Shown: positions 21,101-31,856, counted from the first letter of the stretch. The stretch is DNA of 64,000 bases from an uncultured Eubacteriales bacterium (GCA_900545885.1 URAF01000005.1:53659-117658); one strand, 5' to 3'. A program made the numbers and translations. Notes: a model not told the origin generated them from the sequence alone.

Positions 21101-21857
21101 CGGTGTGTACAGCTACACCATCACTTACGTTGACGCAAACTACAATATCGTCGGCGGCATCGGCACTCTGACGGTTGCGATGAACGAAATCGCGTTCGTC
21201 AAGGACGATACGGTTTACGCAAGCATCAAGTTTACCGACGCGGTCACCGTTCCTTATAAACTGAACTACACCGAAATCACCGAAGACGGCAGCCTCAACA
21301 GCCAGACTTACTGGAACTTCGTCAACGATTATGTCGTTGCAAACCTCGGTGACAAGAAGAACGAAGCCACTACCGAAGGCGTTGTCGCGGTGTCGCTGTC
21401 CAACGGTTCGACGGAAATTCGTCGTCTTGACCAGCAAATGACGGTAAGCGTGAGCATGCCCGCAAACGTTGCTTCCATGGACGGCTACAAGGCATACTAT
21501 GTCAACTCCGACGGTCAGCTGGTGGAAATTTCGGACTACGAAGTTGCAAACGGCTACTTCACTTACACGACGGATTACATCGGCGACCTCGTGTTCGTCA
21601 AGTTCGCGGCAATCGCGCTACCTATGTGGATCTGGATACTTGTCGGCATTCTCGCACTGCTCATTATCATCGCGATTATCCTTGCGATAGTGATCAGCCA
21701 GAAACGCAAAAAGATGCCCATGTACGTTGAAGCTCCCGCGGCGGCAGACGCTTCCGAAGCGGCGGCGGACGTCGAAATCATCGAGTACTATGACCCCGAC
21801 AGACCCGAAGTCGTGAACAAGAACAAGAAACCGCCTATCATCGGTATCAGAAAGTAA
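12132..21857 (+). CDS. giant surface protein with MBG (YGX-type) and YDG repeats; N-terminal signal/anchor and C-terminal TM anchor
   Basis: 3241 aa from ATG 12132, with SD AAGAGGTGGG. N-terminal hydrophobic segment FGMLAMCFALVFALVLSGG. It has more than 15 repeats of the type TVTPRNLEITFLGATKAYGNVDP / VKDKVYDGTIDA / LSKTYDGNVFE. The C-terminal TM is LPMWIWILVGILALLIIIAIILAIVI, followed by a basic/acidic tail. There is no LPXTG. Confidence 0.85.
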   Translation: MRNNRNSSRNFFVNFVRFGMLAMCFALVFALVLSGGIFDLGSSSDGIALAVDNGGKTLAVPSPANADANYFGMTDHTKSSWTGTVNFNQTKFDASNVSGHVHGETGVTSTVRSYGTGSVELGSSDYITVAPYVNAGAINVDLSGFVGTMLQNSNIEVDVTVNAEVYKGYVGNWSGLGAYATNEVYDAETMWGKTASNNVVIGYETCVGGGGDEKWTARTATTTLKGDYKNLLIVFAMRGTSSMWFSYRAETGIRNISVTYTVRVVGISENANTTISDGAAPRIESFGETVPYRTSADASDWTVKPNTGNSEIDSAIRKQLEGAVDTELDVDVLATGGTVNLKSYTSQKLTVSGIPGDIYKKTTLNFNDYMNYFNLGEVSSDVNPNLAAGIKQIDIGETVINLYESTLEKQIVVDEEVVGYAKIVKTSRSKVQLQMYFYKNATFNVRLVDYGGSSMTLKYTVSGIDTAAPDSSAIDFLLSADNFVGKLAAEGNNFSLTNWFTNSRLAEVMEGIKTSEDEVIDASGATPYLWYYDVKYSQNLTSDFFTLTPPDGFEYTSAYFASKVPAAVYSIGDFSYDFANGGIYRTGVQPISGNAPKGAGYYIFTFYMMDFSGNVYQGNASYYVKVDNVAPENTVTVNAGDIQIVPSSPAEGQLANGSWVNQNITATVAWNMNISGNKISFEYNGDTYVVYFRADGDTYKVAKITKNNSDVSDWDSGNSYTVKDGETELFTFNFSESGGKGTFAITFTGYDAAEKAYLLDTTVLFTVLNDGDNDDGETGLSRFDSSWTFGGVGNIAIRIDKVAPANPVLTTDNSDEMTDNKFVNIDSNGNLYVPENRNWFNSAWDVYAFLRLAGDVDVTANEFATLQLWVKNYTDIAELEKVNLRVLFETEMLNAEGKSWDYSKTYGVEDILDNNVYIDFKETAGETAGLRVVFVQLTDAAGNKSAVQAFVILVDANVYTLNAEVAEEYFDLIDGIGNVNFRYTNTSGNTQTEFRRGEWSRLEITGLDAKYVPYQIYKDNFNEPQSLMYSNETTTKEFFTEAIREGLLNYVRVNGQNANIIEMAIDRSDSIAALPFGEGYAKLWISFREVVTYEPTSTNVEYTGKETVVPFTVSNEKARDLVKIVWENESVPVTVGTYGLYLELDTTHELSKFYVGDRTDIIAYNIIPGNIIITAHGTSVYGSKINITVDIDKPEGVELTSGMFGVDSVEAFPFVGNYNLKKVEDYEFVNPDDAKNYKITYILGVYTVTPRNLEITFLGATKAYGNVDPKISFSFAKGDYQGSFAGIFSGEGVTYKEDGDRLIVTVPASAVTRERDFNEFGYENAGKYAYKGISTSAIGLNKNFTMSMALSGHGVFEITKRPITVTPVVDQVLYSLDAKVAYKLAEQDAAFAPQLAGLFLAVGDKVGSEGNTYQIALGDLSVLDNFVVSVATGYTVTVVLDDGGNVINLTFKDKELLQILFGDVFDISVLTNLNNYDPKGVGVDFTLKLGAEVVGYDFGADKFTNGAGAYAIRVYVESYKDKTGADVKDKYNFVFKDCEYLFVNPATVTVTPVLENNKKIYGDIDNWNFAFTFSGALVDAGYMPESNQVGGKIVRALYRADGTFVQIGGQFDRANDLDGNITAQGHYYGAYVLETLYSSDPNIVLELDKEAFDALRFTVSPRPINVNDAVFTGKDKNNDGTSYVVYKGENEKRTAINIGRLIARITDDVWVDFVANYVDGNGAEQAGQGSWNINFHDFVLKGDDARNYILTGDANVVLTGAFKINGTTVAEITITKNDFSVNKVYDGTSSMTIDDIDIALSSPLCGLNVVFSKGSFGTKDAGVDISVGSITLIVKGVVGIKTQDTDISITDDGKDSTITINNVFAAIQPRTIDLDEVILQIPSERNYNGTNEVAIGYMLSGNVLQTGDSIETLGAKFPATVPSKDVQGDKENPKAQDITFGEPTLATGNYAFGFTADDINAAYADVTLTIIPADISLDIIAAGKTYFGSAGLVYGADITVNGIKVNSEPIVGWGDTDNVTVNGQDSATYTLWNQSTDKEDFYVQLGADGNVRLHDLKVTGLDIEITGNPVNYNLTINDSNEYVFGEIFPLNPVKVSITLNDLSVKDKVYDGTIDAELNDVDLGNYGVTFNQDKDYLSLGYKAQFNTNNPNVQKGVDVKISSVKLVSENAGLLASYYIDIASLTCTLKAAGNIVAAPLAVDFDLSKTYDGNVFENVSVKYTLSGYAQTADQSGYSVNFVTGAFDDPNVAKDINGDLTTVSGKVFGFELVRNNGVNNYRLVFASTTDNLQGYIKVAETGSLPATDDQSRPLYYYEFNAATDRIVIKEADWNAFTDEEKKTEEGKAVNIVAAYVEGDVKYYVLDGTPTGGMTSTKSLNESGADGIIEPALISYTVNVNPATAERDPFKKVFDDSNATIKADAEGGNGWYYGGRGAEGNDFEFVLGGEYGFEIKDFSVYYESSAVGNGVNVVFRIDSFEIIGGGSIEIGESNNFTLLGGEGYKKAVGTITAKSVDVAFGNVKEDGKVHFTYGDTHEYTYTYTTGGKEIKLAKDADGKTYGYVAVADYTAAGFAATDYTGRRYNINEETGAFELNEEGAYIRIAGTFGDIAPANEASIVNAGEYEVNNVSGKADNFTYAFVAGTVVVDKAALTVGVSNEKLQKEFASSVYPDLAFVISTGEIKAPDTEAQILAELKKGAKYFIFTAEGVKGGAVVDRSMISADLEGGAYYALDVEGALQNYDVKLDKTYTLDIVLPELTGLSTASGVFEKTYDGIAVDDANAFAAKYIKGTQSGDTFSLAWAGGTVAKNAGDYNWTITVTRSLGKDATDAKEYTISATISGEYAVLKRNATLTTNEKYDFTYDKTDKKLDESQFVVFGAVNGEDVASAIKVSYKYGDVVTDVMRDAKTYGVIAEITDATMAGNYNLINGIGNVTVKKANITVAVNPESKYQYVTGGTTINPAHIDFTVPEGFDKADFTVKYTASSTGTVSSVNEPGVYSYTITYVDANYNIVGGIGTLTVAMNEIAFVKDDTVYASIKFTDAVTVPYKLNYTEITEDGSLNSQTYWNFVNDYVVANLGDKKNEATTEGVVAVSLSNGSTEIRRLDQQMTVSVSMPANVASMDGYKAYYVNSDGQLVEISDYEVANGYFTYTTDYIGDLVFVKFAAIALPMWIWILVGILALLIIIAIILAIVISQKRKKMPMYVEAPAAADASEAAADVEIIEYYDPDRPEVVNKNKKPPIIGIRK

Positions 21858-21880
21858 GGCAAACTTAACCAAACAGAATA

Positions 21881-21912
21881 TGCACCGCGCTCAAAGCGCG
21901 GTGCATTTTTTT
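21881..21912 (+). terminator. intrinsic terminator
   Basis: Stem TGCACCGCGC / GCGCGGTGCA, followed by TTTTTTT. Confidence 0.9.
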
Positions 21913-21958
21913 CAAAACGGACAATGTTGCGACGATGTTAATTATCGTAATTTCGGTA

Positions 21959-21987
21959 TTGCACCCGATATTTTAATGTTGTATAAT
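21959..21987 (+). promoter_or_regulatory. sigma-70-type promoter of the rpiB-ntp operon
   Basis: TTGCAC (21959-21964), 17 nt spacer, TATAAT (21982-21987). Confidence 0.6.
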
Positions 21988-22020
21988 AATTATAATATAT
22001 TATCAGGGGGTAATATCCTT

Positions 22021-22473
22021 ATGAGTAAAATCGCCATAGGCTGTGACCACGGCGGCATAGTGCTGAAAGACAGCGTTGTTGCCACTCTCAAAGAACTCGG
22101 CGCAGAGGTCGTCGATTTCGGAACATACGACACTTCTTCCGTAGATTATCCCGTGTACGGGCTCAAAGTCGCGGAAGCCGTTGCTTCGGGAGAGTGCGAC
22201 GCAGGCGTGCTTATGTGCGGTACGGGTATCGGCATTTCCATATCCGCAAACAAAGTCAAAGGCATACGGGCGGCGGTTACCACCAACACGTTTATGGCAG
22301 AAATGACCAAACGTCACAACAATGCAAACATTATTTCTCTCGGCGGCAGAGTAATTACGCCCGAAGAAGCACACGATATTGTTGTCGCTTGGTACACGGC
22401 TGAATACGAAGGCGGCAGACACCAGAAACGCCTTGATATGATTGCCGACATCGAAAGCAAATACTTCAAATAA
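22021..22473 (+). CDS. rpiB: ribose-5-phosphate isomerase B
   Basis: 150 aa from ATG 22021, with SD AGGGGG. RpiB/LacAB motifs present: IAIGCDHGG, LMCGTGIGISISANK, EGGRHQKR. Confidence 0.9.
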   Translation: MSKIAIGCDHGGIVLKDSVVATLKELGAEVVDFGTYDTSSVDYPVYGLKVAEAVASGECDAGVLMCGTGIGISISANKVKGIRAAVTTNTFMAEMTKRHNNANIISLGGRVITPEEAHDIVVAWYTAEYEGGRHQKRLDMIADIESKYFK

Positions 22474-22484
22474 CCGAGGGGTTT

Positions 22485-22805
22485 ATGATTGAAGAGGTTC
22501 TGAAAGAGATAACTGAAGCCGAAGAACAGGCGGAAACCAAACGCCGTGAGGCTTTTCAGCGCGGAAAAGAAATTGTTTTGCAGGCGGAAACGGAAGCCGA
22601 AAAGCAGAAGAAAATGACCGCGGAACAATGCAAAGCCGACATGAAAGCCGCGCTTGCCGAAGCGGAAGCCAAGGCGGCGGCGCGTCGTACGGTTATCATC
22701 GAAGAGGGCGAGGCGGCGGCGAAGAAGCTGGTCGCGTCCAAGAAAAAGCAGATAGAGAAAGCGGCGGACGAACTGCTCGCCGAATTTGTCGGAAAATACC
22801 GTTAG
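22485..22805 (+). CDS. ntpF: V-type ATPase small stalk subunit (G/H-like; position of E. hirae NtpF)
   Basis: 106 aa, charged and helical (EAEEQAETKRREA...). It is the first gene of the ntp-ordered operon. Confidence 0.7.
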   Translation: MIEEVLKEITEAEEQAETKRREAFQRGKEIVLQAETEAEKQKKMTAEQCKADMKAALAEAEAKAAARRTVIIEEGEAAAKKLVASKKKQIEKAADELLAEFVGKYR

Positions 22806-22806
22806 T

Positions 22807-25325
<2,519 letters not shown>

Positions 25326-25326
25326 T

Positions 25327-25902
25327 ATGTCCAAACAAGCGATAATCGAAAAAATCCTGTCCGACGCGGACGCGCAGGCACGGGCGACAATCGAAGAAGC
25401 CGAAAAAAAAGCGGACGAAATAATTTCGCTTGCGGCGGAGCAGTGCAAAAGTTATCTTGCCCGCAACAAGAGCGATATTGACCGCGCGGTCAAAGAGGTT
25501 GCCGAACGCGCCGAAACCGTAGCGGAACTCGACGCACGCAAACTGTTGCTGAAAGCCAAGTCCGAAGTGCTTGACGAGGTTTACGCGCTTGCTTTGAAAA
25601 AGGCGCGCGAACTCGACAAAGCCGACTATAAGAAAGTCGTCGAAGGAATGCTCAAATTCGCAGAAGACGGGGATAAAGTTACCGTTTCGGCGCGTGAAAA
25701 GGGCATTGTGACCAAAAAGATGGTCGACGATGCGGCAAAAGCAAAGGGCGCGAAACTTGCGCTCGACTCCGAATACGGCGATTTCGACGGCGGCGTGTTG
25801 CTTACGGGCAACGGTATCGACAAGAACTTCACCTTTGAAGTCGAGTTCGCTTTGCTCCGCGACGCGACGGAAGCCAAAATAGCCAAGGAACTCTTCGGTT
25901 GA
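25327..25902 (+). CDS. ntpE: V-type ATPase subunit E
   Basis: 191 aa. It has a long N-terminal charged helix and a C-terminal globular part, and sits in the operon position of ntpE. Confidence 0.85.
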   Translation: MSKQAIIEKILSDADAQARATIEEAEKKADEIISLAAEQCKSYLARNKSDIDRAVKEVAERAETVAELDARKLLLKAKSEVLDEVYALALKKARELDKADYKKVVEGMLKFAEDGDKVTVSAREKGIVTKKMVDDAAKAKGAKLALDSEYGDFDGGVLLTGNGIDKNFTFEVEFALLRDATEAKIAKELFG

Positions 25903-25904
25903 TT

Positions 25905-26879
25905 ATGTCTGACAAATTCATTTTCCAGAACGCACGGATAAAATCCATGGAAAACCGCTTGCTCGGTCAGCAGCAGCTGCAACGGCTTGCGGAGGCTTCT
26001 TCCGTGCGCGAAATGCAGAAGGCGCTCGGCGAAATGGGGTTCGGAATTGCGGCGGCAGGCGAAAACGCAGGCGTTGACAGAATGATTGAAGCCGAAGAGA
26101 AAAACGCCCTTGCCGTGCTCAAAGAGTTCAACGTCGACGGCGCGCTGGACGCACTTGTTCTGGAAGCGGACTATCACAATCTCAAAGCATTGCTCAAAGC
26201 CTCTGTCACGGGCGAGAAAAATCCCGTGCTCGGTGCGGAAGGGCTTTACAATACGGAAGTTCTGCGCGACGGAACGGAAGGCGACTACCACGCTTTGCGC
26301 CCGTTGATGGCGGACGCAGTGCGCGCGGTGGAAAAGAGCCTTGCGGAGGGACGTCTTACTCCTCACGGCATTGACTGCACGGTGGACAAGGCTATGTTCC
26401 GCGATATTTCCGAAACGGCGAAAAAGGGCGGAGAAGCGGTCAAGGCATACTACGTGTTCAAGACCGATTGCGTCAACATTTCTTCTTTTCTCCGTTGCCG
26501 CAGACTGGGACTTCCCGAAAAGCTGTTCGAAGAAAACTTTATGCCGGGCGGAACTCTCGGAGAGGATTTCTTCCTTTCCGTCTACGACGCTTCGCTCGAC
26601 GTGTTCCGCGACAAATTCAAGTTCACGCCCTATCAGTCTCTCGTTGCAGAGGCGGTCGACGGCGGCAATCTCGTTGCGTTCGAGGTTCAGGTGGACAATT
26701 TGTTGCTGGATATGTGGCGCAAACGCAAGGACGATATGTTCTCGTGCGCGCCCGTTGTCGGCTACTACTTCGGCAAACTCGCCGAAATCAAAGCCGTAAA
26801 ACTGGTGTTCGCAGGCGTTAAAAACAACGTCGAACCCCGTTTAATCAAAGAAAGGATGCGTGATATTTATGGTGCGTGA
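25905..26879 (+). CDS. ntpC: V-type ATPase subunit C (d-like)
   Basis: About 324 aa from ATG 25905. It starts MSDKFIFQNARIKSMENRLL, typical of prokaryotic V-ATPase C. Confidence 0.85.
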   Translation: MSDKFIFQNARIKSMENRLLGQQQLQRLAEASSVREMQKALGEMGFGIAAAGENAGVDRMIEAEEKNALAVLKEFNVDGALDALVLEADYHNLKALLKASVTGEKNPVLGAEGLYNTEVLRDGTEGDYHALRPLMADAVRAVEKSLAEGRLTPHGIDCTVDKAMFRDISETAKKGGEAVKAYYVFKTDCVNISSFLRCRRLGLPEKLFEENFMPGGTLGEDFFLSVYDASLDVFRDKFKFTPYQSLVAEAVDGGNLVAFEVQVDNLLLDMWRKRKDDMFSCAPVVGYYFGKLAEIKAVKLVFAGVKNNVEPRLIKERMRDIYGA

Positions 26880-27198
26880 CGGTATTGCGGTCGTCGGTGA
26901 CAAGGACTCCGTCCTCGCTTTCAAGGCGATAGGTCTGGACGTCTTTCCCGTCGAGGGCGAAATGGAAGCGCGCGAGAAGGTCAAACAACTCGCCCGTTCC
27001 TATTCCGTTATTTTCGTCACCGACCAGATTGCAAAGCAAATCAGCTCGCTTTTGTTGAGATACAAGGCGCGCCCTTATCCCGTCGTCGTTCCCATTCCTT
27101 CCGCCGAAGGCAACTCCGGTTTCGGTATGCAGGGAATAAAAGCGGACGTCGAAAAGGCTATCGGCGCGGATATTCTGTTTGATAGAGAGGATAACTAA
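26869..27198 (+). CDS. ntpG: V-type ATPase subunit F (position of E. hirae NtpG)
   Basis: 109 aa from ATG 26869. It shows the [24 protein letters not shown] pattern. Confidence 0.85.
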   Translation: MVRDGIAVVGDKDSVLAFKAIGLDVFPVEGEMEAREKVKQLARSYSVIFVTDQIAKQISSLLLRYKARPYPVVVPIPSAEGNSGFGMQGIKADVEKAIGADILFDREDN

Positions 27199-28961
27199 TG
27201 CAAGTCGGAAAAATTGTCAAGGTTTCGGGACCGTTGATTATCGCCGAGAATATGGCGGAGAGCAAAATGTACGACGTCGTGCGCGTCAGCGAAAAACAGC
27301 TCATCGGCGAAATCATCGAACTCAGAGGCGACCTCGCTTCCATTCAGGTCTATGAAGAAACCAGCGGACTAGGTCCCGGTGAAAACGTATATTCCACGGG
27401 TTCGCCCCTGTCCGTCGAACTCGCTCCCGGTCTTATCGAGAGTATTTTCGACGGGATTCAGCGTCCCCTTGCCAAGTTGCGCGAGGTGTCGGGCGACAGA
27501 ATCGCACGCGGCGTCACCGTCAACGCTATCGACCACGAGAAAAAATGGGATTTCGTTCCCGTCGTCAAAAAAGGCGACAAGGTCGAGGCGGGCAACGTGC
27601 TCGGTACGGTGCAGGAAAACGTGCTCGTGTTGCATAAGATTATGGTGCCGTTCGGAATTTCTGGCACCGTCAAAGAAATAAAGAAGGGCAGTTTCAACAT
27701 AGAACAGACCATCGCGGTCATCGCCACCGAAAGCGGCGACAAGGAAGTTTGTATGTTGCAGAAATGGCCCGTCCGTAAGGGCAGACCTTACGCCGAAAAA
27801 CTCGCTCCCCGTGCTCCGCTTGTTACGGGACAAAGAGTTATCGACACGCTGTTCCCCATTGCAAAAGGCGGCGTGGCGGCGGTTCCCGGACCTTTCGGAA
27901 GCGGCAAAACCGTCGTTCAGCACCAGCTTGCAAAATGGGCGGACGCGGATATCATCGTGTACGTCGGCTGCGGCGAACGCGGCAACGAAATGACGGACGT
28001 TCTCAACGAGTTCCCCGAACTTGTCGACCCTCACAGCGGACAGCCGCTTATGAAACGTACCGTCCTTATCGCAAACACTTCGGACATGCCCGTTGCGGCG
28101 CGCGAAGCATCCATTTATACGGGTATCACAATCGCCGAATATTTCCGCGACATGGGTTATTCCGTAGCAATCATGGCGGACTCCACTTCGCGTTGGGCGG
28201 AAGCGCTCCGCGAAATGAGCGGCCGACTTGAAGAAATGCCCGGTGAAGAAGGCTATCCCGCATATCTTTCTTCCCGTCTTGCCGAGTTCTACGAAAGAGC
28301 AGGACTTGTCAAGGTTCTGGGCGGCAACGGTCGCGAAGGTGCAATTACGGCAATAGGCGCGGTTTCGCCTCCCGGCGGCGACTTGTCCGAACCCGTTGCG
28401 CAAAGTACGTTGCGTATCGTCAAAGTCTTCTGGGGATTGTCCGCGTCGCTTGCGTACAAACGTCATTTCCCTGCGGTCGACTGGCTGACGAGTTATTCGC
28501 TGTACGCCGACAGACTGGGCGACTGGTACGCCGAAAACGTCGGCGACGACTGGGTTCCGCTCCGTTCCGCAGCGATGAGAATTTTGCAGGAAGAAGCCTC
28601 GCTCGACGAAATCGTCCGACTTGTCGGTATGGACGCGCTGTCGCCGTATGACAGACTTACCATGGAAACGGCAAAGTCCATTCGCGAAGACTATCTGCAC
28701 CAGAACGCTTTCCACGAAGTTGACACTTATGCGTCACTCGAAAAGCAAAGACGTATGCTCGGGCTCATCATCGAGGAAGACAAACTCGCAAGAGAGGCTC
28801 TCGAAAAGAACGTCGACATAGAGGACATTCTCGAACTGCCCGTAAAAGAGCAGATAGGCAGAGCGAAGTATATTTCCGAGGACGAGCTTGACAAGTTCGA
28901 CGCGCTCGAAGTCGAACTCAAAAAAGAAATGCTTGCACTCTCCGACGAAGGAGGAATGTGA
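27198..28961 (+). CDS. ntpA: V-type ATPase catalytic subunit A
   Basis: 587 aa with Walker [11 protein letters not shown]-subunit-specific blocks are present, and the start overlaps the ntpG stop (TAATG). Confidence 0.97.
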   Translation: MQVGKIVKVSGPLIIAENMAESKMYDVVRVSEKQLIGEIIELRGDLASIQVYEETSGLGPGENVYSTGSPLSVELAPGLIESIFDGIQRPLAKLREVSGDRIARGVTVNAIDHEKKWDFVPVVKKGDKVEAGNVLGTVQENVLVLHKIMVPFGISGTVKEIKKGSFNIEQTIAVIATESGDKEVCMLQKWPVRKGRPYAEKLAPRAPLVTGQRVIDTLFPIAKGGVAAVPGPFGSGKTVVQHQLAKWADADIIVYVGCGERGNEMTDVLNEFPELVDPHSGQPLMKRTVLIANTSDMPVAAREASIYTGITIAEYFRDMGYSVAIMADSTSRWAEALREMSGRLEEMPGEEGYPAYLSSRLAEFYERAGLVKVLGGNGREGAITAIGAVSPPGGDLSEPVAQSTLRIVKVFWGLSASLAYKRHFPAVDWLTSYSLYADRLGDWYAENVGDDWVPLRSAAMRILQEEASLDEIVRLVGMDALSPYDRLTMETAKSIREDYLHQNAFHEVDTYASLEKQRRMLGLIIEEDKLAREALEKNVDIEDILELPVKEQIGRAKYISEDELDKFDALEVELKKEMLALSDEGGM

Positions 28962-28963
28962 CA

Positions 28964-30343
28964 ATGTTGAAAGAATACCGTACAATACGAGAAATCGTCG
29001 GACCTCTGATGCTGGTTGAAGGCGTCGAGGGCGTAAAGTACGACGAACTCGTCGAAATCAGACAGGAAAACGGCGAAATCCGAAGCGGCAAGGTGCTGGA
29101 AATCAACCGTGACAAGGCGCTTGTCCAGTTGTTCGAACCGTCGCAGGGCATAAAGATGTCCACGTCCAAAGCGCGTTTTCTCGGCAGAAGCATAGAACTC
29201 GCCGTGTCCGAAGAAATGCTGGGCAGAGTTTTCGACGGTATGGGTCGTCCCCGCGACGGCGGCGCACCCATTATTCCCGAAAAGAAAATGGACATCAACG
29301 GTCAGCCTATCAACCCCGTTGCGCGCGACTATCCCAACGAGTTCATTCAGACGGGCATAAGCGCGATTGATGGATTGAATACGCTTGTCCGCGGACAGAA
29401 ACTTCCCGTGTTTTCGATGTCGGGTCTTCCGCACGCCGAACTTGCGGCGCAGATTGCAAGACAGGCAAAAGTCATAGGCTCCGACAGCAAATTCGCGGTC
29501 GTGTTCGCAGCAGTCGGTATAACGTTCGAAGAAGCGGACTTCTTCATTTCCGACTTCCGCAAAACGGGCGCGATAGAACGCGCGGTTATGTTTGTCAACC
29601 TTGCAAACGACCCCGCAGTCGAACGTATCGCAACCCCGCGTATGGCGCTCACCGCGGCAGAATATCTCGCGTACGAAAAGGATATGCACGTTCTCGTCAT
29701 AACCACGGACATAACCAACTACGCCGAAGCGCTGCGCGAAGTTTCCGCCGCCCGTAAAGAAGTTCCCGGACGCCGCGGATACCCCGGATACCTGTACACC
29801 GACCTTGCTACAATGTACGAAAGAGCGGGACGTATCGTCGGCAAGAAAGGGTCGATTACGCAGATACCTATTCTTACAATGCCCGAAGACGACAAAACCC
29901 ACCCGATACCCGACCTTACGGGTTACATCACGGAAGGGCAGATTATGTTGTCGCGAGAACTATACAAGAAAGGTCTGACGCCGCCTATCGACGTTCTGCC
30001 TTCGCTCAGCCGACTGAAAGACAAAGGTATCGGCGCAGGCAAGACCCGTGAAGACCACGCGGACACCATGAACCAGTTGTTCAGCGCGTACGCACAGGGC
30101 AAGGAGGCAAAGGAACTTAGTTCAATTCTCGGCGAAGCCGCCCTTACCGAAGTGGACAAGAAGTTTGCTCGGTTTGCAGAAGAATTCGAAAAGCAATACG
30201 TTTCGCAGGGTTTCCACACCAACCGCACGATTGAAGAAACCCTTGACCTCGGCTGGAACCTGCTGTCCCTGCTCCCGAGAAGCGAACTGAAACGTATCCG
30301 CGACGCATATCTCGACAAGTATCTCAAAAAGTCGGAGCAATGA
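28964..30343 (+). CDS. ntpB: V-type ATPase subunit B
   Basis: 459 aa from ATG 28964, 9 nt after SD GAAGGAGG. It starts [21 protein letters not shown] and has conserved B-subunit blocks. Confidence 0.97.
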   Translation: MLKEYRTIREIVGPLMLVEGVEGVKYDELVEIRQENGEIRSGKVLEINRDKALVQLFEPSQGIKMSTSKARFLGRSIELAVSEEMLGRVFDGMGRPRDGGAPIIPEKKMDINGQPINPVARDYPNEFIQTGISAIDGLNTLVRGQKLPVFSMSGLPHAELAAQIARQAKVIGSDSKFAVVFAAVGITFEEADFFISDFRKTGAIERAVMFVNLANDPAVERIATPRMALTAAEYLAYEKDMHVLVITTDITNYAEALREVSAARKEVPGRRGYPGYLYTDLATMYERAGRIVGKKGSITQIPILTMPEDDKTHPIPDLTGYITEGQIMLSRELYKKGLTPPIDVLPSLSRLKDKGIGAGKTREDHADTMNQLFSAYAQGKEAKELSSILGEAALTEVDKKFARFAEEFEKQYVSQGFHTNRTIEETLDLGWNLLSLLPRSELKRIRDAYLDKYLKKSEQ

Positions 30344-30372
30344 CCGACTTTACCAAAATAAAACGGTAAACT

Positions 30373-31002
30373 ATGGCAAAACTCAACGTCAATCCAACGA
30401 GAATGGAGCTGAGACGGCTCAAAACCCGTCTTAAAACTGCCACCCGCGGACACAAACTTCTGAAAGACAAGTCCGACGAAATGATAAGGCAGTTTATGCT
30501 CTATATACGCGAAAACAAACGCCTGCGTGAAGAAGTGGAAGGCGAGCTTTCGCAAGCGTTGAAAGAGTTTATGCTGGCGCGTGCGGTGTCGAGCGACGCT
30601 GTCATAGAAGAAGCGGTCGCAATGCCCGGCGTCAAAGCCGAACTCAAAACGTCGGAGAAAAACGTGATGAGCGTAGGTGTTCCCGAATTCGAAATCGTCG
30701 AACACGAAAACGCAGACCTTTATCCGTATTCCTTTGCGGGCGTAACTTCCGAACTTGACAATTCAATCGCCACGCTGTCCACGCTGCTCGGCAAACTTTT
30801 GAAACTTGCCGAAGTGGAAAAGACGTGCAATATGCTTGCGGACGAAATCGAGAAGAACAGACGCCGCGTCAACGCGTTGGAGTACGTAATGATTCCGCAA
30901 CTCAAAGAGACGATAAAGTATATAACGATGAAACTCGACGAAAACGAGAGAAGCGCCACGATACGACTTATGAAAGTCAAGTCGATGATAGAGAACAGAT
31001 AA
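30373..31002 (+). CDS. ntpD: V-type ATPase subunit D
   Basis: 209 aa. It starts KLNVNPTRMELRRLKTRLKTATRGHKLLKDK, typical of subunit D. Confidence 0.95.
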   Translation: MAKLNVNPTRMELRRLKTRLKTATRGHKLLKDKSDEMIRQFMLYIRENKRLREEVEGELSQALKEFMLARAVSSDAVIEEAVAMPGVKAELKTSEKNVMSVGVPEFEIVEHENADLYPYSFAGVTSELDNSIATLSTLLGKLLKLAEVEKTCNMLADEIEKNRRRVNALEYVMIPQLKETIKYITMKLDENERSATIRLMKVKSMIENR

Positions 31003-31101
31003 TCTGTTCTGCTGTCGTTTCTTTTCGTTGCATTACAGTGACAACGAGAGAGTGCAAACCGCAACGAACCGATTGTCGAAAAAGCAATTTCAAATCAGAA
31101 C

Positions 31102-31136
31102 AACCGCCCGCAAACTTGCGGACGGTTATTATTTAA
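31102..31136. terminator. hairpin between convergent ntpD and queH (probable bidirectional terminator)
   Basis: AACCGCCCGC (31102-31111) / GCGGACGGTT (31118-31127) with one mismatch, then ATTATTT. Confidence 0.55.
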
Positions 31137-31146
31137 TCGTAAATAA

Positions 31147-31734
31147 TCATTCTGTCGGGAAGTCGGGGAAACCGCAACCGCAGTAGTGTTGACGGTAAAG
31201 TCCGTATTCTTTGCAAAGTTTAACAGAAGTGAGATATCCGTCTTTTTTCTTGAAATCGGAACATAGATATTCGACGCCGAATTTCTCTCCGCATTCTTCG
31301 CCTATTGCGTTTATCAGCTTTGCGTTTTTTCTGGGGCTTACAGTCAGAGTGGTTGCAAAATAATCGTACTCGTCCTTGTGTGCGGCAAGATATTTCGCCG
31401 TTTTGCCGAGTCGCAGTCGGAAACATTCCGTACACCTTGCGCCGCCTTCGGGCAGGTTTTCCATACCGTGTACAAGGTCCGTGTATTCGGTTTCGTTCTG
31501 TTCGGGGACGATGAGTTTTATTTGCGGGAAATGCGCCAAAAGCTGTTTTAATGTGTCAAGACGTTTGATAAACTCCGATTTCGGCAAAATATTTGGGTTG
31601 TAGTAGTAGAGCGTGACATCGAAGAAGTCCGCGATTGCAGGAAGTACGCCAGCGGCGCACGGTCCGCAGCATACGTGCAACAAAAGGCGTTTGGCTGCGC
31701 TTTGGATTTCTTTTGCCTCGTCGACGGTTCTCAT
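31147..31734 (-). CDS. queH: epoxyqueuosine reductase QueH (DUF208)
   Basis: 195 aa. The QueH Cys pattern is present: LLLHVCCGPCA, CTECFRLR, HYCGCG. There is no SD; see the leaderless finding. Confidence 0.85.
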   Translation of the reverse strand: MRTVDEAKEIQSAAKRLLLHVCCGPCAAGVLPAIADFFDVTLYYYNPNILPKSEFIKRLDTLKQLLAHFPQIKLIVPEQNETEYTDLVHGMENLPEGGARCTECFRLRLGKTAKYLAAHKDEYDYFATTLTVSPRKNAKLINAIGEECGEKFGVEYLCSDFKKKDGYLTSVKLCKEYGLYRQHYCGCGFPDFPTE

Positions 31735-31740
31735 ATTCCG

Positions 31741-31769
31741 ATTCTAGCACTTATGCGTGCTTTTCACAA
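31741..31769 (-). promoter_or_regulatory. queH promoter (leaderless geometry)
   Basis: The minus strand reads TTGTGA (31769-31764), 17 nt spacer, TAGAAT (31746-31741), CGGAAT, then ATG (31734). Confidence 0.6.
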
Positions 31770-31811
31770 CGGATTGACGCTTTTTCATTTTAGAGTATTT
31801 GCCGCGACGGG

Positions 31812-31840
31812 TTGAGCGCGCGCGCATTGTATGATATAAT
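31812..31840 (+). promoter_or_regulatory. sigma-70-type promoter of the ABC/lipoprotein operon
   Basis: TTGAGC (31812-31817), 17 nt spacer, TATAAT (31835-31840), with TG at 31832-31833 (extended -10). Confidence 0.65.
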
Positions 31841-31856
31841 CGCTGTGAGGTGAGTT

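Noticed and set aside
21500-21857. Sortase (LPXTG) or S-layer anchoring of the giant protein.
   Set aside because: The C-terminus has a plain TM helix and a charged tail. No LPXTG-like pentapeptide precedes it.
31735-31856. Expected a preQ1 riboswitch upstream of queH.
   Set aside because: The ATG lies 6 nt after the -10 box, so there is no leader at all.
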